A DNA stretch of 64,000 bases from Takakia lepidozioides. Lineage: Eukaryota; Plantae; Bryophyta. Of the stretch, positions 12,474-24,800 are shown piece by piece. The first letter of the stretch is position 1. The number at the start of each line of letters is the position of its first letter. Where the stretch lies: assembly GCA_030704615.1 (NCBI GenBank), contig CM060732.1, forward strand, positions 79,360,001 through 79,424,000. Direction: 5' to 3'. A program made the position numbers and the translations under genes. The notes beneath the pieces were generated by a model, which was not told the DNA's origin, made no database searches, and was given only the letters and a program-made list of their open reading frames with translations.

Positions 12474-15400
12474 CTATGGAGTGCTCTGGCTTGCACTGGT
12501 CTGCTCAAGTATGATTTCCACTGCAGCGGTCTGCTTCATCAAGGTGATGGGTGCCCGCTGATCCGGAAAGGTCTGCCCATGTCCAATCTGGAAGTTGTTA
12601 TCTGCAAAGGTCTGCATAACCAAGGTCTCCCCGGTAATTTCGGGTAAGGTGTGCAATGCCTCCACGAAAGTCTGTTTTCGCAACGAAAAGTTTTTGTCAC
12701 CCACATTCTCTAGCTTGGGATCACTGGCAATCCAGTCGGGGGTCTGCTGTTCCTTGTTCTCCGTAATCTAGTCGGGGGTTTGCTGGTTGGCATGTCGGTA
12801 CTTGGGATTTGGCTGGAAAGGGTATGCTCGCTCCACAGTCTGCTCGCTGCGGGTCTCCTGGGTCTCCATGGGAGTTGGGTTCTGTGTGTCTGCTGTTGTA
12901 CGAACTCCAATGAGCCTACACTTAACGGGTGACTCGACTCCAGTATGGCCACGGAAGGCTCGTAGAAGCTGCCTTTCACCATTGGCGTACTGGTCAAGAG
13001 CATTCCGAACAAGCTCGTCCTCTGATCATACTCTGCAACATGTCACAAACACGTCAAAAACAAAGCACTCATCCTTGGTCTGCTAACAAACGGAAGAATA
13101 CATGGGGGTTTGATTCACATGGGGCTCTGTTGGTTATCATGGTTCATAAAGTCTGCTAGAAGGTCCTCGTTCGTGGTCAACGTCAAGGTCTGTTTAAAAG
13201 GTCTGTTCAAAAGGTTTGTGTAAAAGGTCTGTTTAAAAGGTCGGTGTAAAAGGTCTGTTAACGAGGTCTGTTAGGTCTGATGACATACCATGATCTAGGA
13301 CTGTGGTCCACAGCCCAATATCTTTTATAAGCCAATCCATGAAGGCCTCATCAAGCTCTCCTAGAGCTGCAACATGGTCCTCTGCTGGAAACCCGCTCCA
13401 AAGCACTTAGAAAGCATGTCGTTTGTTGAATGCAATGTCGAAAACCGCACGCTCCTGCACAGTCACAAACCACATCATGGCGTCTTGCGTGATACTTTCC
13501 CGAGCCTCTTCGCTTCCGTGCAGCAGGTCCATCCGCAGGTTGTGAAGGTCTTTTTTTAATTTGGTGTAAGACCTGAAATTGCCAAATTGCATCCATTGAC
13601 GGCGGAGGAAACAATCTGCCATCTCCTCAAAAGCAGTCTCTGTCAAGCTCGCTAAGTGCTTCGGACGAACACCAAATATTGGGTGGGCGATGGCCATGTG
13701 CCTTATCTCTAGTGGGCGTGGGTCGTGCATGAGAAAGAGCTGCGCAATAAGCGGTGGCTCGGTCTCATCTGCCAGAATCGCCACTCCATACTCACGGGCT
13801 TTGTCCAAAACACGAGTCGCCTCCTCTGCCGTGAACTCCATTGAGGAGTGTTGCGGAGCAAAGGTCCACTGGGAGGCGAAGATGCGGTGAAGCTCATTGT
13901 ACTAGTCCAGATGCCGATTGCTTTCCCCACAACGAAACTTCGGAAAAGTGGGGTCATTCTCATCAGTTGCAGACCGCTGTGGAGGACGCCATGGTCTGTC
14001 AAATGTGAAAACAGTTCGACCACGCAATGTGGTCTGCTGAGGGTCTACTGAAGAGGTACGAAGGTCCGCTGGAGGACGGGTCACGGAAGAAAGGTCCACT
14101 GAGCCGGGTCTGCTAGTCTGACTGGCGCTGTCAAAAGCCTTTACAGCAGACGGAGGGAGGCCTGCTGCGTGGCCAGTGGTACCATCTTGAATTGATGCAA
14201 TGGCATCAGCCGACTGTGGATACAGACTCAGGATGTAGTCACGAATATCACGGACCTCATTCCGGACAAGTGTATTTTCCAAGGGAGGACCGTTCAACCT
14301 GTACTTCCAGATTTGCAAAGCCCTGTACATTCGATTGTCTTGCACATTCGCCTCCTGAAAACAAACAGCAATATTGGCCTTCACATTAGAGCAGTAGACC
14401 ATAGACTAGTAGATTGGGCCTGACAGCAGACCAGTAGACCATACACCAGTAGACCATTACAGTAGACTAGTAGAGCATAGTAGTAGACCATAGACGTGGA
14501 CCCATGCAGCAGACCACAGCCATGGCAGTAGTGCGCCTTTCAAAGCAACTCCAGTACCATGTTGCGCAAAGCAGACCCAAAACAGTAGACGGTTCGCTGT
14601 AGACCACATATATAATAATAATAATAAAACACTATGATTTTCAACAGGGGAAAGTAGTCGCACGGTTCTGGACGTATAGAGCAAACCACAGCCAGAACAA
14701 GTAATGCAGTACCATGTACAGAATAGCAGACCCAGAACAGTAGACCGACAGCAGCAGGCCACACATACAACAATGGAGCATAGCATATCACTAATTGCAA
14801 TCGAAAGACTCAAATACGGTAGGACGGCAAAAAGAGTGGTTGAAGTACCTAGAGGCCGTTGTAGTCTTCATCCCTTGGGTGTGATTGTGCCTCCACCCAC
14901 TTCTTCTCGGCTGTGTCAATGGTCTGCTGTATCTGCCCTGATCTCACATAAGCATACAAAAAAGAGAAAAAATCTGGATCTGATTCATCTGGGTACTGAT
15001 CTGGCAGAAGACCGTGGGAAAGTAGGTACAATGTGCAAGGGCGGACAGGGGTGCCCGTTACATCTCCATGAGCGTCAGTCAAGGACTGTTGTTTCTTGGT
15101 TTGCTTGTTGGGTCTGATATGTGGTGGGCGTCGTGGGTCTGTTTGAGGGTGTGATTCCTCCATGGGGATGTCCGAGTCAAGGATTATGTCATGTACCGGC
15201 GGGGTGTACCCAATGGGGTCGTTCACCAAGTACGGTCTCACAAGTAGTCCCGGCCGCTCTGTCGACATGTCCTAAATATGATCCTCCTCTTCATGAGAGT
15301 CTTCCTCACTTGAGTCATCCCCACTCGACAACAAAGTTGAAACGACAGCCTGTGGTCTGCTGGTGTTGGTCTGCTGGGACAGACCTGGTTGCAATTCTTT

Positions 15401-15931
15401 GCTACTCACTCTCATATCCCGTGGTATGCCAGTACTGGTACTGCCAGATTTGTGACTTTTGCGGTCTACATTTTTTTTAGCTCCATCACTGAGCTTCCTT
15501 TTCTTCACTGGCACAATGAGGCCGGGGCTCAGCAGGGCGGCTTCAGTGTAATAACGCTGCCGCACTTCCTCAGCAGACCGAGCGACGGCATGCGCACCCC
15601 TACACTTTGCAGTGATTTCTTTTGCGGCCTTAGACAAACTTGGCTTGGGCCAAGGCTTGAAGTTCTCGGGGACCATACCTTTGCATCCTCCATCAAGGGC
15701 ATGGCGGTTTAGAGTCTCTTTGTTCTTGACAATATCGGGGCAAAAGGGGCACTGAAACCGATCCTTTGGCCAGTTCTCTTTCTCCTTCGCTACGCGCAAG
15801 TCCAAAAATGCTTCTACTATTTTAGCATCGTACTTAGTTGGCTCATACTAGTACATTCTCTTGGCTTTGTGGCGAGGGGCATGCACATATTCCACCCAAT
15901 CGGCTCCGCCCTTTGGGCAAGCTTCTTCCAT
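12474..15931 (-). pseudogene. Multi-exon MULE cargo gene with an N-terminal CxxC-x12-H-x5-C zinc finger; function unknown; may be fused to the Ulp1 exons
   Basis: ATG at 15931 opens a frame that runs through TAG stops into ORFs 15272-15805 (QCPFCPDIVKNKETLNRHALDGGC) and 14849-15268. Further coding-like blocks lie at 13902-14360 and 13407-13841. Confidence 0.6.
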
Positions 15932-17235
15932 GGCTGCAACCGAAGGAGGAATTGTGTCAAAGACGGTCTGCTAAATGCAAATGAAGAAGAGCAAGCAAAA
16001 AAGGAAATGAAGGTCTGGCGGTGAAGAAGTCTGGTGAAGTTGATACCTTTGCACTTCGGCAACGACGGGCACGCGGCCTTTGAAGAGCGGGCGGGTGCTA
16101 CAAACGAATCGTCGAGTCGAAGAGGCAGAAACCGCGAAGCGCAACACACCGTGCAGTCGCAAAGTGGAGAGACGCGAAAGACGCAAGAGGAGGAAGAGGC
16201 GAGGACCCCAACGTAACGGCTCACTGCTAAGCGTGACAGGAGCACGCGTGCGACCGCCGAGGCCATGTACGTCGGCCATTGGACTGCTGTCGAAACATCA
16301 AACGTCCCGGAGGCACAATAATGGCCGCTGCCAAGGACTTTCATGGTCTGCCCTAAGTCTCCACCAAAAGGGTCAGCCAAAAGGGTCCGCCAAAAGGGTC
16401 TGCCAAAAGGGTCTGTGGCACTGGTTTGTCGCATTCGTGAGGCAAAGATTGTCTGCACTCGGTCTGCCATCGGGGTCTGACCAGAGTTCTCCAGGCTGGT
16501 CTGTTGGTTCGGTCTTCTCGTCTAGACTGGCATGGTGCACTCTTCTCTTCTCCTGCTCTGACCATTTGGTCTGCCCTCTGTCTGCAGTGTGTCCCCACCC
16601 GTTTCACCATTTCAATGGTCCCCCGGCTGGGTCTCTGCATCCCCGCACTGTCATGGTAACACTTGGAAGGTCCACTGGTTCGTTGCACAAAAAATTCCGC
16701 CACACATGCCCATTTCGTCCTGCATCGATGGGTCCACCTGCAAACAACATCCAAGAGACGGAACTCGGGAGGAAATCGGAATTTTATACAGCCAGCCATG
16801 CACATATGCTTCCGCTATTTTTGCAATGCCATTCCACACATGCTATATGAAGGACAAGCCTCGAACAAGACAGTGTGACAAGGGAAAGGCCGATTCTCAA
16901 TTGCTGTCCGCTAAATGAGTCGTACTTGTTAGCAAAGACCTAAATACTTCCATTCAAGTCTGCACTGTAAACTCAATGTAACTCATTTCCCCGCGTTCAA
17001 ACAGTCCCACGAATAGGCGAACAACAAAGCAAAAATAGTAGAAGCATATGAACAAAAGAGGCTATGGCTTGAAACGATGGACTCCGACATTGCCAGAGAG
17101 TCCATGGAGTCATGCAAAGGGATTCTTCACAACCGCCGGGTCTGTTGGTTCTAAACAGTCAAACAACAAACATCAGCAAGCAACACGAGAAAAAAAAAAA
17201 AAAAAAAAAAAAAAGGGTCTGAGGAGATCGGCGAG

Positions 17236-17594
17236 TGCCATGGCATGCCCTAAATCCGGACGGTCTGGATAAAACCGGATCTGGACGGGCAGATGCGCGC
17301 CACGTAGGTCTGGGTCTGTTGTGCCGGTCTGGGGTGGTCTGCGGGCAGACCTCGCAGACCTCGCTTGGGCAGACCCCAGCAAGGGCAGACCCACTGGGGA
17401 CCCGATGGCGGGGGGACCCAGCGGCGAGGGCGGGCGGGCGGGGCCACGGGCGGCTGCGGGGCTTCCGACCGCGGTGCGTGGCTAGCAGGTGGGGGTGGGC
17501 GTGGGCGGGGGTGGGCGACCCCGCGTCCGTGCGGGCGTGCGCGCCCTGTCCCACACGCGGGACATAAACTCCCAATTATTCAAAAATGAGAGGC
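17236..17594 (-). repeat. Right terminal inverted repeat of the MULE
   Basis: Inverted copy of 4927-5285. Confidence 0.9.
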
Positions 17595-17603
17595 GATCTC
17601 CAC

Positions 17604-18445
17604 ATCATTGTTCCAACAAAGTCTACTTTGATTGTTGAGGCTTCATATATTGATATATCCACTTTGCTATTTTTCGCGAATTTCCAGCAACTTGGACGCG
17701 GGTCCAAAAATGATGAGACCAAATGTCCAGTGTCATCTATGTCCAAGTGCAATCCCATATGTATCTAGAGACCCGTCATCTATGTCCAAGTGCAATCCCA
17801 TATGTATCTAGAGACCCTCCTGTTTGGAAGATCTAGGCCTAGGGTAGCATGTGCCATTGGCACATGTGTGAAGAATTGAATCTAAGCCCAAGTGCAATAT
17901 CCTATGTATCCAAGTGCATCTCCCATGTAGAGGCCCAAGTGCAACCTCTAGTGTCCAATGTCATGTAAGTCCAAGTGCAACCCATGTGCATCCAAAGACC
18001 CTGCAGTTTGGGAGATCTCCATGTCATTGTTCCAACAAAGCCCACTTTGCTATTTTTGCAATCTCCCCTGTCAAGGCTTGATATATTGATATATCCACTT
18101 TGCTATTTTTCACGAATTTCCAGCGACCAAAAGTATTTGAAACTCCAAATCTCCCACATAAAGGGCCAATCACTCGTCTAGGAAAGCCCACTTTGCTATT
18201 TTTTTCGAATTTCCAGTGACCAAAAATACTTGAAATTCCATATCTCCCACACCACAGGTCCAAAAATCATGAGACCAAGCTGGTGCATCCCTCCTCACCG
18301 GGGGCTCTCGAACGGCAACAAGCACCAGGGCTGGAGCTTGCGGTTTGGGAGATCTCAACGACGCTACAAAACAATACAAAACAAACAAAACAAAACAAAC
18401 AGACTGCCAGCTTCCTTCATATATTGATTATTATTATTATTATTA
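17604..18445. repeat. Right part of the host repeat, ending in (CAAAA)n and (TAT)n tracts
   Basis: Continues the 4690-4926 motifs and contains internal direct repeats (ATCTATGTCCAAGTGCAATCCCATATGTATCTAGAGACCC x2; CCACTTTGCTATTTTT x4). Confidence 0.55.
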
Positions 18446-19564
18446 TCTAACCCACTATTGTCGAAGCTTTACACATTGTCTTCATGGTGGTTCTAAACTT
18501 AAGTATGGTTGGAAGGAGAACTGCATTTCCACTTTAAGATATGAGTATGTTTCATCTCAAATCTGATAGGTCATGGTATGACCTTTTCTCCTTCCTTTGG
18601 GCGGGCCTGGTCAATATGAAAGATGTTATCTTCTCCTCTCCCCATTATTAAGGGCCTGATTTTTTATTTTTTACTTTTTTTTGGCCTGATTTATGACCGA
18701 TCGCTCTTGGGTGTTCCCTTTTTTCTGAAAAGCAAGAGAATAAGAAAATAAAAATTCACAGACAGTGTAATGTAGCTGATCCTATTGCCGCAGCAGCACC
18801 CTATTTCCGCTTATTTCCGTTTGCAAACAAATTTCCCCTATAACGGTGGATTGTGTGCTGACTAGCACCTTTCTCCCTTGCTCATACTGAATCTGCTCTT
18901 GAAAGCTGTGCTCCAACGATAGCTAAGGTGTGCTCCTCCATATACTACATGCGCGGGACCTCCAACTTGGATGCCCTCGTGCTACCGGGTTCCAGAGCCG
19001 ATCTGTGCTTGTCTACCAAACAAACAATGAACCCGGGGGGAGATGAAGAAAAGGTGAAATTACTTCACTGCAGTTTTGATGCTCTGCCGACTACAGAGAA
19101 GTTCCTGAATCCCAGCTTGGATTGAATTAAAAACAGAAAATACTGTCTTTCTTTTTATGCATGAATCTATATCTCTAGAGACTACTAGTTTCTTTGCCAA
19201 TTTTCACTGTTTCTATTGTTGTTCGAATATATGCATCTAACACTTCAAGGTCGGCCACTTCAAGGTGCAACTTGAAGTCAACTCAAGTGAACTGGCGCAT
19301 TCTGTACAGTTGTAGTTCTGAGGTATGAACCTGGCCTGGCACTCAAGATTCATCCATTCGTCCAAGAATTGTGGAATTTTGAATAAAGTTCATGCTAGAC
19401 CTATCCTTGCACTCCAAGCTGGCCGCCAATTGCGTCCCTTGAAGTCTGTCACTGGCAAGTGAATACAGTGAGCTACATCTGAGTTCCTAACTTGTTCCGA
19501 AGCCTAACTGCGGAATGATGCAGTACTATGTAGAACAATGTTTTGCACCCAGAAACTTATGTAC

Positions 19565-19938
19565 TAGAGTTATCCGTAAAGGGTCCCAAACTGGGCATTT
19601 GAACCCTGAGTTTGGCCAAAACTCGGTACGAAACTCGAAACTCAGGATCAAGCGGTACACTAGAAAAAAACAGGGGACCAAACTGCCAGGACTAGGAAAA
19701 TGGGGGTGGCAGGAGTTTGGTGCCGAGTTTTGTTAGTCGTCGAGGCGGAGGCGGTCAGAGCTCACTAGCTCGCGCCATAGCAGCGGTTGCCCTCAACCCC
19801 AGTTTATGATTTGGTGCCCTCTTTTCTGACTTCGTGCCCAGTTTTCTGCACTTTACGGATTAACTCAAACTCAGGATGAAACCGTAACTCGGGTCCAAAC
19901 AGGGTACCAAACTCAGGCTCACTTTACGGATAACTCTA
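19565..19938. mobile_element. MITE, ~370 bp, immediately downstream of PKS copy 2
   Basis: Perfect 17-bp inverted repeat TAGAGTTATCCGTAAAG / CTTTACGGATAACTCTA. Flanks read as either a TA or an ACT duplication. Subterminal AAACTC(A/G)GG repeats. Confidence 0.8.
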
Positions 19939-20086
19939 CTGTAAGCAGCTTTTGCTGCAATGAGTTCTCAAAAGTTTCATGAATCTGCGTCAAGCTGCTG
20001 AAGACCGAACACAGGTACTTCGTGCCTGCTTCTCTGGGCTCAGCTTATATTTCAACGATGACATTGTGGCGGTGGGGAAAAGTGAT

Positions 20087-21292
20087 CTAAATGGAAGGCA
20101 TGCTGCGTAGTACCAGACCTTCCATTGTTAGCCCTGGGCCAATGCCGATCAGCAATCCCCACTCCTTGCCCTCTCCTGTTGTTGATGCGCCTGCCTTCAG
20201 TGAACGATTGCGAATATTATCGAGCACGAACAACACACATGCGCTGCCCATGTTGCCGTAGTTTGCAAGAGTGTCTCGGCTCGCCCCTAGCTTCTCTTGC
20301 GACAAACCCAATTGGTTCTCTATTTGGTTGAGGATCGCAACACCTCCCGGGTGTACCGCCCAGAACATATCATTACACTCTGTGGAATCTGCCCATGTTC
20401 TTGCTTCGGTCACAAACTCGTCGATGCTCGTTGACACCAGCTTGGGGATATCTGGCGTCAGGTGGTAGTACATGCCAGCCTCCATGAAGTGTCCGTCAAT
20501 CGCTCCTTCACTGTTTGGCACATTCATCTCCCCAGCCCATTGGATTTCGAACAACGGTCGCTCCACTTCAGGGATTGGGTCAGACCCCACGATCACTGCT
20601 CCTGCACCGTCTCCAAACAATCCTTGTCCTACTAATCCATCCAGATATTCCTCGCTGGGTGCTCGGAAGAAGCTCGCAGTCACTTCGCTGCTGATTACCA
20701 GAACGCGGGCACCCTTGTTGTTCTCGGCAAGGTCCTTGGCAACTCTCAGTGCAGCAGCCCCTCCCCAGCAACCTGTCTGGTACATCATCACCCGTCTCAC
20801 CTTTGGGGAAAGTCCCAAGGATTTTGCCACAAGGAGATCAACCCCGGGCATATTCACCACACTAGTTGTAGTCACGACGATATGGGTAATCTCTGACTTG
20901 GGGCGGCCCCATTCCTTGATCACCTTTTCGGCTGCCTCCTTGGCCAGCTTCGGCACCCACTCAATCAGTATGTTGTGACGCACATTGAGAGAGTCATCGA
21001 GGTAGGTGCCCAGAACGGGGTACTCTTCGATCAATTCCTTTGTCATAACCATGTGGCGTTTGTTGATTTGCATCTTATCACAGATGCGCTTGAACTTGGC
21101 TTTGAGAGCGGTCTTGTGATTGCAGTTGGTAGCATCGAAGTAGTAGTCAGCGTAGGTGCTCTGCTTATGCACTATCGGAGGATTTGCTGTCCCGATAGCC
21201 ATCACAGTGGCCGGCCCTTCCGCTCGTGGCTGCGCCCTGCGCATGCCGGCGCTATAAGCCTCGCCTGTTTTGATTTGCCCATTCGACGCCAT
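20087..21292 (-). CDS. Type III polyketide synthase, copy 2, intronless, 401 aa
   Basis: Intact ORF near-identical to copy 1, with the same catalytic triad. Confidence 0.97.
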   Translation of the reverse strand: MASNGQIKTGEAYSAGMRRAQPRAEGPATVMAIGTANPPIVHKQSTYADYYFDATNCNHKTALKAKFKRICDKMQINKRHMVMTKELIEEYPVLGTYLDDSLNVRHNILIEWVPKLAKEAAEKVIKEWGRPKSEITHIVVTTTSVVNMPGVDLLVAKSLGLSPKVRRVMMYQTGCWGGAAALRVAKDLAENNKGARVLVISSEVTASFFRAPSEEYLDGLVGQGLFGDGAGAVIVGSDPIPEVERPLFEIQWAGEMNVPNSEGAIDGHFMEAGMYYHLTPDIPKLVSTSIDEFVTEARTWADSTECNDMFWAVHPGGVAILNQIENQLGLSQEKLGASRDTLANYGNMGSACVLFVLDNIRNRSLKAGASTTGEGKEWGLLIGIGPGLTMEGLVLRSMPSI

Positions 21293-21843
21293 TGCGCTAG
21301 CTTCTGTCCAGACCTAACAATTCGCTCTGCCTTCGCAAGAGATGTGTATCGCCAGCTATTTGTGGATCTCCTGCAAGGTATGTCAAAAGTTTAACCCTTT
21401 TCTGTTCTGGTTTGAATATGAGATTTCAAGTTCGACGATCGAGCTTGTGTACAGCGATCTCGAGAGCGAAGAGAAGAAAGCTCGAGACTCTCTGAAGGAG
21501 ATGGGTGCAGCACTGGAAACACGGCAGGGCTTATATACGTGTGTGTGGGTGTGTAGTTAGACAAGGTCTCGCTGCGCGTGCTTATTTGACTAACGAGTCC
21601 CGGAGTTTAATTTGACCACAGCTGCTACTCCTCCACTCTAATCCTGTAGTGCCACATTTTCGAACGACCCTTTCAATGATCTGGACCATGTGTTTCAACG
21701 TTGGCTGCTCAGATTTGACTGTGAATAGTGAACTGAAACCACCGCCCAACTTCACTTTATTACTCGTCTTGGATTTGTAACAATGTTGCCCTTGGAAATT
21801 TTTGGCACCTTGGATTTAAATATGAAATAACACAGGGATGCTT

Positions 21844-24800
21844 GATGAAACCTTGTAAGACTTTATTTACAACATGTACAATGGGTGAACATGCATATGA
21901 TGTGAAGTTCCCAAAAAGGGGGGGGAGGAACAAGAAACAAGAGAAGAAAACAAAAAGCTATAGTAAGCTACTCAGCTAGAGAAAAAAACAAAAGCTATAG
22001 TAAGCTACTCAACCAGCGACGAAAACAGAAGCTATAGTAAACTACTCAAGCAAAGCGACCCTCCCAGCCAACAGCTTGGAGGAGATCAGGCAAAGAGATA
22101 GGCAAAGTGTCAGGCAGAGGCGGAAGACGAGATGACGCGGAGCTAGCCACATCAGCCCGATGCAAAATAGAGATGGCTTGTGCTCTCTGCAAAGCAACTG
22201 AAACACGTTGTCGATAGTAGGCGACAAGGACGGAGGCATGTGGGATGCCAGTGGACCCGCTCTTGGCTGCATGATGTGCATATGTCCGCAGGAAATCGTC
22301 GAAGTGCCGGTGCAATGAGCCAAATATTTCGATCGCCAGTGGAAGAAATGTGTCGGTGGGGTGACAATCGCTGTAGTCGCGCTCCTTGGCCTGGGCTGCT
22401 ACAGTGGCTGCCGTGCCTAGTGTGGTAGCTACGCGAGATAGCAGATCCGCTCGAGTGGGGTCGGCGAGAACGACATCTGCTAAGGTACGCAAACTATCTC
22501 TAGATAGGACGATGTCAACACGATGGCGTGTAGAGTGGGACGTGAGCGTGGGTCGTAGATGTGGTTGCTCACGCAGTACATGATACCCTGCCTCCCGAGC
22601 AATAGATGCCACCGCATCGCGAACCATATCATGAGACATAGTGCGCTCACCACCACATGGACAGCGGAGGAGATGGATGGCAAGGTCATCGATGGGCTGA
22701 AGACAGACGCAACGCTGAAGGCCCAATGCCGAAGGATGAGGCAAACCGAGTCGAAGGCGGAGCGCAGTAGTGAAAATAGGGGATGAGAGGCGAAAATGTG
22801 CGATAGTGGGTCATGCTGTCAACCATGCCCCTGCTCCGGGTCCTGCGCATGATAGAAGTCGGGCTCGATGCAACTCAGAAGAAGCACTTGAGAGCATGCC
22901 GGAAAAGGAATGACGGTGCACGTGCTCGGAAATGGACTCCTGAAGATGGTCGAGGCCTTGAGCAACCAACTGCTCAAATGGTGGTAGACATGCTCGCGCC
23001 GGTGTCGGAAGAAGATCTCGTGCAGAGCGGAGATGCTGCTGGAAGGGTAAAATGCCACTGTCGATATGTGCAATGGCATCCATAAGGATGAGACGATGGT
23101 CACAGAGAAATCGTGAAGCGAGGGCTGGCGCCACCAATGCCCAACTGCCGAGGAAAGCTGACGGGGCGGTAGTGACAGTGGACAAAAGACCCACACCACC
23201 GGAAGAGATGGACAAGGTGGCTTGCTGTCGTGGCAAAAGTCCCTGAGCACCCTCCAGAGCTCCTGGTCCTATCAATCTCCCGAAGATAGTCATCATGGTA
23301 GTATCAAACCCAGATAAGAGGTGTAGGAAATCTGGGCTGGGTGAAACAGTGCGCAAGAGATAGGAGGGACGTTGAAGGAAACATTTGGTCAAGATTTCAT
23401 ATGCTACCTGTACATCTCCGAGCCTAGGAAGGAGATCGGCGTGGGTGGCATCCTGGTGGAGTGCATCTTCCAAGAAGGACGTTGTGAACTGGGTGGTGCC
23501 AAAAGGGACTCCCAGGATTCTGATGCCATTGGGCGGAGCAATGAAGTGAGCAGGGAGCACAAAATCTGCAGGGAGACCGGACGGAGACCACACCGTACAT
23601 TTGCGAGGTTGCACTGAAAGGCCCACGGCAGAGAGTTGGGTGACAAAATGATAGTAAGCTGAAAGTACCTATGAGGCAGGGCCTATAATGTGCGTGTCGT
23701 CTGCCACCGACGGAAAAAGACAAGATGAGTGAACTTGTGCAGAAGCCGTGAGGGCGTGGACATGAGCCATGGCAAACAAAGGTCCTCCTAAAGGGTCGTC
23801 TTGGCGGGTCCCAACATCGGACTGAATGATGGAGCACTCACCTAGGCGAGAATGATGACTGTAGTATAGGGGAGTGGTGGATGCATAGAATAATTGAACA
23901 AACGGAATGAGCTCGTGGAAATCTCCTCCGGCTGAACGGAGCTCCTGAAAGATAGCCGCTCGTGACATAGTGTTGAAAGCGTTGGTGACGTCGACCTAGA
24001 GAACCACCCAATCCGGATGAAGATCAAGAGCTGCATGAATCCCCTGAACCACCGCCTCGCAACCGCCTGGAGTGGCGACCCCGAACTGGTGCGGAAAGAG
24101 GTGTCCAGTGAAGGCATCTCGAAACTGAAGACAAAGTGAGCGGCTGACAGGGCGGTAAAGAACCTCTCCAACTGCGATAGGGCGGATGCCAGTACCTGAG
24201 GGTTTGCTCATAGCCAACAATCTGGAGGCCCCAAGGAGACGGGCCACTGGGGCAGAGATACGGCCAGCAGCAATAAAGGAGCAAATCTGAAATAGCTGAG
24301 AGAAGCCACTAGCAGAGTCATGTGGAGAGAAACAGTCGCGTAAGTGCTCATACAGGAGACCGGAAGGACCTGCCGCTGCAAGATGGGGACTGCCCGTGAA
24401 GGCCTGAGTGAAGACCTCCCGATCTAGCTTGAGATCCTGGTGTGGCTCGAAGTCCTCAACAAAAAGCGGCAGAATATCCTGAGCTGATGGGTGAAGGGCT
24501 TCGAGGGCAGTGACAGTATCCGGTGATGGAGGCGTTGGTGAGGAAGGTGCTAAAGCCTTGGCCGCGCGTGAGTACTCGCCAACGCGGCCTAACATGAGAC
24601 TATGACAAAGTCGCCTGTGGGCCGATGAGGGTGGCTGCGTGGAGGAAGCAGGAGGGGCGCGTGCCGCAAGGGCTAGTGCCCGTAATTGATGCTCATCTTG
24701 CAGACTCTCCCAATCTCCAGATAAAAAACGGCGAAGACGGATGCGCGTCTCTCTGTGCCTTGACTGACCGCCACGAGGGGGCAAAACCAAACACCACTGA

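Larger units (their letters stand above)
4927..17594. mobile_element. Mutator-like DNA transposon (MULE), 12.67 kb, long TIRs
   Basis: Termini GCCTCTCATTTTT...AAAAATGAGAGGC, imperfect TIRs of ~350 bp, perfect 9-bp TSD GATCTCCAC (4918-4926 and 17595-17603), internal MULE/SWIM transposase. Confidence 0.95.
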
